Positions 1 to 11,208 of a stretch of DNA of 64,000 nt are shown here, one piece after another; the first letter of the stretch is position 1, and the number at the start of each line of letters is the position of its first letter. The position numbers and the translations under genes were made by a program. The DNA comes from Octopus sinensis. Lineage: Eukaryota. Below the pieces are notes generated by a model. That model was given only the letters and a program-made list of their open reading frames with translations. It was not told the DNA's origin and made no database searches. Location: assembly GCF_006345805.1 (NCBI RefSeq), contig NC_043010.1:66712001-66776000 (forward strand). The letters are read 5' to 3'.

Positions 1-484
1 GGCCTTGTGCCTAGAATAGAAAATAATATTAATCTCTTGAGGTGGCGAGCTGCCAGAATCATTAGCATGCTAGGCAAAATACTTAGCAGCACTTTGTCTG
101 TCTTTGCAGTCTGAGTTCAAATTCTTCCCAAATCGACTTTGCCTTTCATCCTTTCAGAGTGAATAAAATACATTCCACTTGAGCAATGTAATCGACTTAC
201 CCCCTCCCCTGAAATTGCTGGTTTTGTGCCAAAACTTGAAACCAATATCAATCCCTTGAGGTAGGACAGCCTGGCTGTCTCAGGGGATTTAAGGCAGTGT
301 AATAGCAAATCTGTTAACACATTCTTCTGGATGCTTTGCAGTAATTTTCTTCTGGCTTTTTGTATTCTGTATTTAAATCTTGCCATGGCCACCTAGGGTT
401 GTAGAATTAATCATCATCCTGTTTAACACCACTCTCTGGTTCCTTGAGTAACATCAGTGAACCTGACTTTGTTGTTATCATTAA

Positions 485-706
485 CCCTTTCATTACCAAC
501 CCGACTGAAACTACCTCTGGCTCTGTAGTACAAATGTCTTGTTTTCATAAGTTTTGAATTAAAATCTTTCACCAAACCTTAATCACAATTTATGTTCCTA
601 ACACTAGCTGAATGATAACTAAGTTATTTTACTACATTCTTTGTTATATTTAAAATTAATTAAAAGAAACACAGAGCATCTCAAAATAAATACAGTAACA
701 AAAGGC
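485..706. mobile_element. piggyBac-like MITE (family P1)
   Basis: TTAA-CCCTTT...AAAGGC-TTAA; same family inverted at 48496-48716 and 48748-48968. Confidence 0.75.
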
Positions 707-896
707 TTAAAATAGAGAAACAATTCTTAACCCTTTTGATACCAACCCAGCTGAAACTGTCTCTGGTTCTGTAGTACAAATGTCTTGTCTTCTTCACCGA
801 CTGGATGCCAGTTAGATGATTGAGTTAGAATTGTGGTCATGGAATGTGGTGAACGAGAATTTGGAGCTGAAGATCATTAGGTCGAAGATTTATGCT

Positions 897-1430
897 TATT
901 CTTTTTACTTATTGCACTGCCTTAAAGGGTTTTAGTCAAACAAATTGACCCCAGGACTTATTCGTTGTAAGCCTAGTACTTATTCTATCAGTCTCTTTTG
1001 CCAAACTGCTAAGTTACATGGATGTAAACACACCAACATTGATTGTCAGATGATGGTGAGGAGACACACATACATATATATTACAGTCTCAGAGTGGTTG
1101 GCGCTAGGAAGGGCATCAAGCTGTAAAAACTCTGCCAGATCAGATAGGAGTTTCGTGCAGCCATCTGGTTCGCCAGTCCTCAGTCAAATCATCCAACCCA
1201 TGCTAGCATGGAAAGCAGACATTAAACGATGATGATGATGATGATGATATATATATATATATATATATATATACGATGGGCTTCTTTCAGTTTCTATCTA
1301 CCAAATACACTCACAAGATTTTGGTTGGCCTGAGGCTGTAGTAGAAGACACTTGCCCGAGGTGCCATGCAGAGGGCTGAATCCAGAACCATATCGTTAGG
1401 AAGAAAGCTTCTTATCACACAGCCACTCCT
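897..1430 (-). mobile_element. SINE family A interrupted by a family C copy (1083-1250, +)
   Basis: Both halves match family A; the C copy sits in its internal microsatellite. Confidence 0.7.
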
Positions 1431-3315
1431 CAAATACTAGGGTTGATTTTCTAAACTAAAAGCCCTTCAGAGCAATACCCCAGCATGGACATAGTCCAAT
1501 GATTGAAACAAGTAAAAGACTAAAAAGGTTGTCATTTTGATTTGGCCTAATCAGAGCTATTGTAGTTCCGTTATAGGCCCCTCTCTACAAGGTCCCTTAC
1601 ACATTCAACTACAGCGTAAATAAATTAGTATTAGGCCCCTAGACCTGTGAAGTACCTAGTGTATCTATGCTTTAAGACAGTGCTGGTCATAACAAATTGG
1701 CATATTATCCTTCTGATCCTAACCCTATCTTAAAGATCAATGATTTATATCCTATCAGTAGAGCTATCTTAAAATGTAATTTTATTTTGAATGGTCCAGT
1801 CTACTTGGCTGTAAAGAGATACTCAGGTGAAGTACAGTTCGTAGCTGTTAGCGCACCAATTACCACATAACTAACAAGTATCTTTTATTAGCTGGCAATG
1901 CTGAGTTTAACCATTTTGATGCCAATCTGCTTGAAACCACCTCTAGTTCTCAGACACAAACTTTTTGTATTTAAGTAACCTAAATTCAAATCTTCCTCCA
2001 AAATTTTGTGTTAATTTATTTGTAAACAGTAGCTTAATAATAATGGCACTCTGTCAGTTACGATGACGAGGGTTCCAGTTGATCCGATCAACGGAACAGC
2101 TTGCTCGTGAAATTAACGTGCAAGTGGCTGGACACTCCACAGGCATGTGTACCCTTAACGCAGTTCTCGGGAAGAATCAGCATGACCCAGAGTGTGACAA
2201 GGCTGGCCCCTTAGAAATACAGGTACAACAGAAACTGGAAGAAAGTTGTGAAAGAGTACAGCAGGGTTCACCACCACCACCACCCCTGTCAGAGCCTCAT
2301 GGAGCTTAGGTGTTTTCGCTCAATAAACACTCACATTGCTCAGTCTGGGAATCAAAACCGCGATTCTTTGTAGGGTTATAGTAATGATGATGATTATGAT
2401 TGTTGTTGTTGTTTAGCCTCATATCAGCTCTTCCAACCAAGATCGTCCCATCTTATTTTCCTATGTTTTTAGAATATGGTATGATACAATTTGAGAGAAA
2501 TTTGGCTACTATTTCTAGCAGGACGATTCACCACGTACAAGCTCCTTTACTTTTCAGTATCACTTTTTCCAGCTCCACCTGATCAATCCTCTTCTCTCTT
2601 CTAAAATATCAGTTGTCTTGTACTCCTCTGCAGCAAGAAACCTGTTCTGCTCTGGCCCTTTTCTCTTATACTTTACCCCTCCCTACTGCTCATCTCATAA
2701 CTTAACATTGCCCCTTTTGGGATTCATAGTCTTACTAGTGCTGGTGATATAAAAGAAAAAAAAGCTCCTAGTACATGCTGTTGGGTGGTTGTTGTTAGGA
2801 AGAAAATCCAGCCATAGAAACCATACCAGATTAGACACTAGACCACAATGCAGTTCTTGGACCCATTTAATCCTGTCAAACTATCCCATCCATGCCAACA
2901 TGGAACATAGGCTTTGACATGTTAACCTGCCATGGCCTGTTGCTGGAACTTTCCCGTGATGCTATATATTTCATGTGGTCACACCACATACTGTTTGATT
3001 ACAAGGGAATGTAATTTTTTTACAATGTTTCGTAGTTAACCCTTTAGTGTTTGCATTATTCTGCCACAATTAATGCTTCTTCATCCACATTGTTTTGAAT
3101 TAATCATGCATTATCTTGTAGCTTTGAGATTTTGATGAGGTAGCTGTTAATTTTTAAAACGATATTGTAGGGTTGGTGTGAGGGACCAGATCTGGCCATT
3201 TTGAACATAAAACAGGCAGAATACTTTTGGCCAAATATGGTCAGATTAAATGCTGAAGGGTTAGACTTAAATATTTAGAGAGTAAAATATTTTCTCAAAT
3301 TACGAAGATCTTATA

Positions 3316-3705
3316 GGCGCACAGGAGTGGCTGTGTGCTAAGTAGCTTGCTTACCAACCACATGGTTCCGGGTTCATTCCTACTGCGTGGCACCTTGGGC
3401 AAGTGTCTTCTACTATAGCCTCGGGCTGACCAAAGCCTTGTGAGTGGATTTGGTAGACAGAAACTGAAAGAAGCCTGTCATATATATGTATATATATGTG
3501 TGTTTATGTGTTTGTGTTTGTCCTCCAACATCGCTTGACAACTGATGCTGGTGTGTTTACGTCCCTGTAACTTAGCGGTTTGGCAAAAGAGACCGATAGA
3601 ATAAGTACTAGGCTTACAAAGAATAAGTCCTGGGGTCGATATTTGCTCGACTAAAGGCGGTGCTCCAGCATGGCCACAGTCAAATGACTGAAACAAGTAA
3701 AGAGT
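3316..3705 (+). mobile_element. tRNA-derived SINE family A (full length)
   Basis: A box TGGCTGTGTG, B-box-like GGTTCATTCC (GGTTCAGTCCC in other copies), CCTTGGGCAAGT core, internal (TA/TG)n, tail GACTGAAACAAGTAAAGAG. More than 15 copies in the window. Confidence 0.85.
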
Positions 3706-4021
3706 ATGTTACCGCCGTTGGTGCATATGGCAGTTGTGTGAAGATTGCACATGGTGGTTAACATATCAAATGTGGATGAGAGAAAAATAACACACTCAAG
3801 GTTGAAGTTTGTTTTGTCTGTAAACTGAAAGATACTTGCTAATTTCTACAAGATTCTTGCACCTAATCTGATTGCTGTGTTATCTCGCTACCATATGTCT
3901 TCAAATCTTTGTTCTTGTTTTTACACATACTCTCAATTTTACACGTACTTTTTATTTGAATTTGAGCACCACTCCTAATTTATTAGTCCAGATGTTTTTT
4001 TGCCTTCATTTCTTTGACTTG

Positions 4022-4420
4022 TTTACTTTTTTACTTGTTTCAGTCATTTTTGACTGTGGCCATGCTGGAGCACCGCCTTTAGTCGAGCAAATCGACCCCA
4101 GGACTTATACTTTGTAAGCTTAGTACTTATTCTATCGGTCTCTCTTGCCAAACCGCTGAGTTACGGGAACATAAACACACCAGCATCGGTTGTCAAGCGA
4201 TGTTGGGGGGACAAACCCAGACACTCAAACACACACACACACACATATACATATGTATATATGACGGGCTTCTTTCAATTTCCATCTACCAAATCCACTC
4301 ACAAGGCTTTAGTCGGCCCGAGGCTATAGTAGAAGACACTTGCCCAAGGTGCCACGTAGTGGGACTGAACCTGGAACCATGTGATTGGTAAGCAAGCTAC
4401 TTACCACACAGCCACTCCCA
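4022..4420 (-). mobile_element. SINE family A
   Basis: Reverse complement of 3316-3705; the pair is inverted. Confidence 0.85.
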
Positions 4421-4439
4421 CACCTACTTCTTTGTCCTT

Positions 4440-4975
4440 TTTACTACATCCAGATTTTTCAGTCTGCTTCTTCTATCCCAGTCTGTCCAATTTTGTCTCA
4501 ATTTTTCTATTTATCTTTATATCTCAATTTCTCAACTTACTTTGTCCCAATTTCTCTCACAACCTTATTTTGTCCCAGTTTGTTCTTCAATCTCAACTTG
4601 TCCTAATTTCTCTGTCTTATCTTATTATGTTGTCCCCTTTTCTCAGTCTAAGTTTGTCCCAATGTCTCTGTCTATGTTATTTTGTCCCAGTTTCTGACAA
4701 TCTTTGTCCCAATTTCTTTATCAGTCTATTTTGTCCCAATTTCTTTATCAGTCTATTTTGTCCCAATTTCTCTATCAGTCTGTTTTGTCCCAATTTCTCG
4801 ATCTATTTCATTTTGTCCCAAGTGTTGCATCCACCTCACTTTATCCTAATTGCTTTATCTGTTCCACTTTGTCCTAACTACTGCATCTACCCTATGTTAT
4901 TCTCATTATTACTTCTACTATAATTATTTATCTGTCCTAATTTTCCTGCTAGATTTGTCCCAATTTTCCCTTTCT
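4440..4975. repeat. Degenerate minisatellite built on TTTGTCCCAATTTCT (27-bp period at 4700-4800)
   Basis: Direct reading. Confidence 0.8.
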
Positions 4976-5029
4976 TATTCTAAATACTTCTTTTAAATTT
5001 TTCACAGACAACTGGGATGTCTATTTCTG

Positions 5030-5651
5030 TATTATTTACATTTGACAGATATTTGTTCTCATCTTGTTTGTTGTTAACACAACATTTTGACTGATATACC
5101 CTCCAGCCTTCATCAGGTGTCTTGGAGAAATTTCGAACCTGGGTTCTCATTCCCAAGGTATTTTTTGTTGTTGTTGTTCAGTAGTTTTATTTTTATATCG
5201 TGCTTTCACTTCACTACCGAGCGCAGCTCTGTGTGCCTTGGGTATGTGCTGATTCGTTGTGATGCTCTGATGGTTATTGTATGGAAAATGTTCTGCGTAG
5301 GATGTGTACAGTGCCTCGTAGTGCAATTTTCTGTATGTTATATGTGTTTGTAAGTCCTGGTGTTTTTGTTGTTGTTATTATTATTATTTTATTATTATTA
5401 TATTATTCAGGTCACTGCCTGGAATCGAACTCAGAATCTTGGGGTTAGCAGCCTGCGCTCTTAACCACTACACCCACAGGCATATGGCATAGTGGTTAAG
5501 AGCATCGGCTACTAACCCCAAGATTTTGAGTTCTCATTCCTAAGGTATTTTTCAATGTTGTTGCTGTTGTTATTATTATTATTATTATTCAGATCACTGC
5601 CTGGAATCGAACTCGGAATCTTGGGGTTAGTAGCCCGTGCCCTTAACCACT
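5030..5651 (-). mobile_element. Family E, rearranged second copy (three head segments, two inversions, one decayed hammerhead at 5077-5121)
   Basis: Same head and hammerhead-bearing tail as 55380-55884. Orientation switches near 5475 and 5532. Interrupted by a LINE fragment at 5165-5362. Confidence 0.75.
5165..5362 (-). mobile_element. R4/Dong-like non-LTR retrotransposon 3' fragment
   Basis: 5360-5274 translates PGLTNTYNIQKIALRGTVHILRRTFSIQ*, resembling the R4-clade C-terminal QKAxLLGTxxILRR motif. Followed by a short 3'UTR and (AAC)n tail; sits in an (AAC/AAT)n tract. Confidence 0.6.
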
Positions 5652-6320
5652 GTAATATCTGTAAGCTCTGGCCTTATGGACTTTAGGGTTCATGGGGAAA
5701 AAAAACTGAAAATGATGTTATGATGGCTGTGGTGGTGTTGTAGTCGGGTAGCAGGGGCCGTAGTTGAGTGGTGCTGCTTGCGGTGAGATTGCAGCAATGA
5801 AATAGCACATGTGGAGATGTGTTTATATGGTATCTCTTGTGGAGTTGTGGTTTGAGGTGAGGTGGTGGCACAAAAAAAAAAAAGTCCACATTGGAAGAGT
5901 TCATTTTTATTAAAGGTGTGGCATACTACTCTGGGTGCATCTTTAATTAGCTGGGTGCAAAACATGCTACAAAAAGAAAAATTGTAGAAAAAAAAAAGGT
6001 GAAATGTAGTGGTGATGGTGGTGGTGGTTGATGGGGGTGGGTGGGGGGTAAGGGCCAAGCTGGAAATTGAGGAATAGTTTAATAATCTGCAGAAATGTGA
6101 TTGATTACTAATTACTCCTCTCACACAAGAATGGCTCTCGTGCTGGTGGCACATAAAAAACACCCACTACACTCTCAGAGTGATTGGCGTTAGGAAGGGC
6201 ATCCAGCTGCAGAAACCTTGCCAGATCAGATTGGAACCTGGTGCAACCTTCTGGCTTGCCAGTCCTCAGTCAAACTGTCCAACCCATGCCAGCATGGAAA
6301 GCAGACATTAAACGATGATG

Positions 6321-6351
<31 letters not shown>

Positions 6352-7509
6352 ATATGAGTGGGTGCTGAAAATTTCCAAACTTTGGATAAAAGAAAATACA
6401 GGGGGATCAATTAATTATGATTTTATTCAACATATTCCCCTCTCAGATTCATGCATTTATTGCAGCGATCCTTCAGTTTTCTGAGCCCTGTAAAAGAACT
6501 TGGAAGGCTGGGCCTTTTTGTGATACCCTTAAAGCCAGAAACTTTTCGGCACCCCCTCTTATTTATATATGTCTTTTATCTTTTACTTGTTTCAGTCATT
6601 AGACTGTGGCCATGCTGGGGCACTGCCTTGAAGAATTCTTAGTCAAATGAATTGACCCCAGTCCTTTTTTTTTTGTGTGTGTGTGTTTTTTAAGCCTGGT
6701 ACTTATTCTATTGGTCTGTTCTAGCAAACTGCTAAGTTACGGGTAGATAAACCCACCAGCACCAATCGTGAAGCAGTGATGGAGGACAAACACACACACA
6801 CACACACACAGAGCAGGATTATTTCAGTTTCCGTCTACCAAATCCACTCACAAGGATTCAGTCGGCCAAGGCTAAGACACTTGTCCGAGGTGCCACGCAG
6901 TGGGACTGAACCTGGGACCATGTGATTGGGAAGCAAGTTTTTTTACCTCATATGTTTATGTGTGTGTGTTTGTATTTATTACCATCACTTGACAACCGCT
7001 GTTAGTTTGTTTACGTCTCCATAACTTAGCTGTTTGATAAAAACAACTGATAGAATAAATACTAGACTTTACAAAAAATATAAAAATACTTAGGGTGCTT
7101 TGTTTGACTAAAAACCCTTCAAGGTGGTGCCCCAGCATGGTCACAGTCCAGTGACTGAAACGAGTGAAGAATGAAAGATGAAGGATTCCTTGCGGCTGTA
7201 ATAGATGTTGTGCAGTTTGAACAAGTGCAAGCTCTGGTGCATATTGTTGTTGTTTAATTGGGGGTAAACTGTACTGGAAACGGTTATAATGAGGAGGGGG
7301 GTGTCTAGAGTGGAAGTTATGTAATGGGCGGCTCGGATGATGCAGCTGCTGCAACTGCAGTTGAAATGAGGGTGGCAGTGGTGATGATGGTGGCGGTGGC
7401 AGTAGCAGTTGTGGTGGTGATGATGGCTGTGGGCTGCGGTAGATGTTGTGCAACTGACCGCTCGGTCACTTGTAAGGCGCTGGTACTGTGTCTGTTTGGG
7501 CATCATAGT

Positions 7510-8045
7510 TGCTCGGTGAAGGTGATGATGATGATGATGATGATGAAGATGAAGATGTTATAGCTATGATAACAACAAAGAGAACGGGGATAGCAATGAT
7601 GACGATGGTGAAGATGATGACAGTGATGATGTTGATAATGGTGATGGTGATGGTGATTATGAAAACGATGATGATGATGCGGATTGTGTTGATGTTGGTG
7701 ATGATGATGTACATTGTAATTATAATTATTATGATGACCATGATGGTGTTGGTGGTGGTGGTGGTGGTGGGGTAGTAATAATCATAGTGATGACCATGAT
7801 GTTATTGATGATGATAATGCAACCTTTGGCAATGCTGGTTATGATGATGATGATGATGATGATGATTATAATTATCATGATGATTATGCTGATTATCGTG
7901 ATGACTGGTGAAAGCGATAATTGCAGTGATGGTAACGACAATGATGCTAATGGTTGTAATGATGAAGATGGTGGTAATAATGAAGGTGGTGGTGGTGGTG
8001 GTGGTGGTGGTGGTGGTGGTGGTGGTGATGATGATGATGATGATC
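7510..8045. repeat. (GAT/GGT)n compound trinucleotide tract
   Basis: Direct reading. Confidence 0.9.
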
Positions 8046-9509
8046 TCACTAACAAGAAGCAAAAATTCATTCTTGTGTGAGAGGAGTAATTAGTAATCAA
8101 TCACATTTCTGCAGATTATTAAACTATTCCTCAACTTCCAGCTTGGCCCTTACCCCCCACCCACCCCCACATCAACCACCACCACCTTCACCACTACATT
8201 TCACCTTTTTTTTTTACTTTTTTTTTCTAGCATGTTTTGCACCCAGCTAATTAAAGGTGCACCCAGAGTAGTATGCCACACCTTTAATAAAAATGAACTC
8301 TTCCAATGTGGATTTTGTTTTTTTTTTGTGCCACCACCACAACTCTACAAGAGATACCATAAACACATCCCCACATGCGCTATTTCATTGCTGTAATCTC
8401 ACCTCAAGCAGCACCACTCAACTACGGCCCCTGCTACCCGACTACAACACCACCACAGCCATCATAACATCATTTTCAGTTTTTTTCCCCATGAACCCTA
8501 AAGTCCATAAGGCCAAAGCTTTACCTGATTTCCATGGCATATAAATGACTGAGATTATGACACTCTCCCCTGGATGGGATGCTAGTCCCTCGCAGGGTTA
8601 ACTTCCTGTCTGTTACTGGGATTCATTTACAGCTGAGTGCAGTGCAGTGCATGAAATGAAGCTTGACTTCAAGGAAGCACATATCCTACAAATCTTGCTA
8701 ACATCACTAAAATATACAACACGACCCCTTACTTCTCATGTAAAGGGATATCCACCAAGGTTCATTCATTAGTCCTTTCCTAGTCAACTAGAGTCAAAAG
8801 AGACCAATAGAATAAGTCAGACACTTAAACATAAGTGCAGGGATTAATTTGTTTGGCTAAGCCCTTCAAAGTGGTGCTCCAGCATGGCCACAGTCCAATG
8901 ACTGAAACACATGAAAAAAGGTATAAATGGTTAAGATTTTTTTTTACCATAATATAATAAAAACTTGAATTATTCATTTTCAAGTTTGGCATAATTGTGT
9001 CTATTGAGACAGAAATTCTTAAAAAGAGAAAGAAGGAGACCCTGAGGAGAATCTGGACTCTGCAATTTCCAGTGAAGGCAGCTTATCTTGGAGACAAGAA
9101 ATTCCCTGCATGAAAAGGATGCAGGGGAGAGGGCAGCATTCCGTCGGAGCTGTGTGCTTGTGTGCATCTTTTTACAACTAATAGACATTTGGTTTTCAGC
9201 ATGAAATTGGAAGATTTTAATTGAAGAAGTTTGAATGATGGTTATTTTCATGGATGTGCATAATTAGCAAAGAGAGGAAAATAAATTACAATTCAAATTT
9301 ATGCACAAATCGATCAATTAGAAGAAATTTATGCACAAAACATCCAATTAGAGGAAACGGTAATTAAGGGTGTTTGTTAGTTTTTCTGCTGACAATCTTT
9401 TTATTGCAAGTGGCAGGATAAAACATACCTTGCTCTTGCTACAAAGTGGTTGGCAATTGGTAGGGAATCCAGCTGTTATACCCATGGCTTAGTCCAAAGG
9501 CTGTGACCA

Positions 9510-9842
9510 TGCTGGGGCACCGTACCGGTGGCATGTAAAAGTCACCATTCGAGGATAATCGTTACCAGCATCGCCTTTCACGGCACTTGTGCTGGTGGCA
9601 CGTGAAAAAAACATTTGAGCGAGATCGTTGCCAGTGCCACTAGACTGGCCCCTGTGCAGGTGGCACATAAAAGCACCCACTACACTCTTGGAGTGGTTGC
9701 TGTTAGGAAGGGCATCCAGCTGTAGAAACTCTGCCAGATCAGATTGGAGTCTGGTGCAGCCATTTGGTTCGCCAGTCCTCAGTCAAATCGTCCAACCCAT
9801 GCTAGCATGGAAAGCGGATGTTAAACGATGATGATGATGATT
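9510..9842 (+). mobile_element. Family C copy (three units)
   Basis: Same units and tail as 14345-14918. Confidence 0.75.
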
Positions 9843-9844
9843 GT

Positions 9845-10060
9845 TTTGCGATTGACTTTTGGTGAAGGATGGATTTCGATATTGTTGCCCTCTTGAATTT
9901 CTTGCTGTGATGTAGGTTCATTTGGGACCTTGGACAGCCGGCAGTCAAGTTGTTTCTTGAAAACATCTATTCCTATTCCGTGAAAGATCTCTAGATGTTT
10001 CGGAAAAAGATTGATATTTTTTCTCTGTTGCTGTGCATGTCTGTATGATGGACCCTGACA
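9845..10060 (-). mobile_element. CR1/L2-group LINE 3' fragment
   Basis: Translates NLFPKHLEIFHGIGIDVFKKQLDCRLSKVPNEP, resembling the FKxxLDxxLSxVPDEP end of CR1-group ORF2. Confidence 0.5.
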
Positions 10061-11208
10061 AGTGGTCTGATACTAAACATACCACATCTAAACCAACAGA
10101 AGCATAGCAAAATAGGGGTCATGTGGTGACGGTTCTAACACAAACATAGCTACATGTCCATATTTATTCAGTGCCACATGTATATGCTTTTATCTTTTAT
10201 CTCTTACTTGTTTCAGCCGTTGACTTGTGGTCATGTTGGGGGCACTGTCTTGAAGGGTTTTAGTCAAATCAACCCCAGTACTTATTTTTAAGCCCGATAC
10301 TTATTCTATCAGTCCGTTTTTACCAAACTGCTGTTACCTGGGTGTAAACAAACCAACACTGTTTGTTAAGCAGTGTTGGAGGGACAAGCACAGAGACACA
10401 CACATATATTTAATCATATATTCATTTTTTTTTCATCATTATCTTTTAGGTAAACATTTTATGTGTATGAACATACGTGTAACACATACAAAAACACTGA
10501 AATGTATCTATTTGTAACAGACCTAGGAGTATTATGTCGGTTACCATGACGAGGGCTCCAGCTGATACTATCAACGGAACAGCTTGCTCGTGAAATTAAC
10601 ATCCAAGTGGCTGAGCACTCCACAGACATGTGTACCCTTGATATAGTTCTCAGGGAGATTCAGCATGACACAGAGTGTGACAAGGCTGGCCATTTGAAAA
10701 ACAGGTACTACTCATTTTTTGCTAGCTGAGTGGACTGGTGCAACGTGAAATAAAGTGTCTTGCTCAAGGACACAACGTGTCACCAGGAATTGAACTCACG
10801 ACCTTACAATCGTGAGCCGAATGCCCTAACCACTAAGCCACACACCTTCACATAACAGACATACATGCACACCGTATAACACATGCATGTGAACATATAC
10901 AAACTAACACATATTTCTATTTTTCAAAATTATTTTACTATTATATAAACATAAATGAATACACACACACATATACATATGCATATACATTTATAATGCT
11001 ATATAAAATTTTTTACTGTTACTTTTCAGGTATGTGGGTGTGAAGAACCAGTGAAGTTAACAACTGCAAGGAAATCTTCCTCCAGTTCTTGTCAGTCCTG
11101 ACAGAGAAAGCAAAAAGTGAGATCGTTATTTGGAGGAGACACATGTGAATATATTAAAAAAATCTCGGTTTCTTTTTTTTTTTTTTTTTGAATAAAGAAA
11201 GAACAACA

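Noticed and set aside
3316-3395. tRNA genes at SINE heads (families A, B, D, E)
   Set aside because: A/B boxes are present but cloverleaves are incomplete and each continues into a SINE body.
7324-8093. Met/Ile/Val/His-rich ORFs
   Set aside because: Trinucleotide repeat artefacts.
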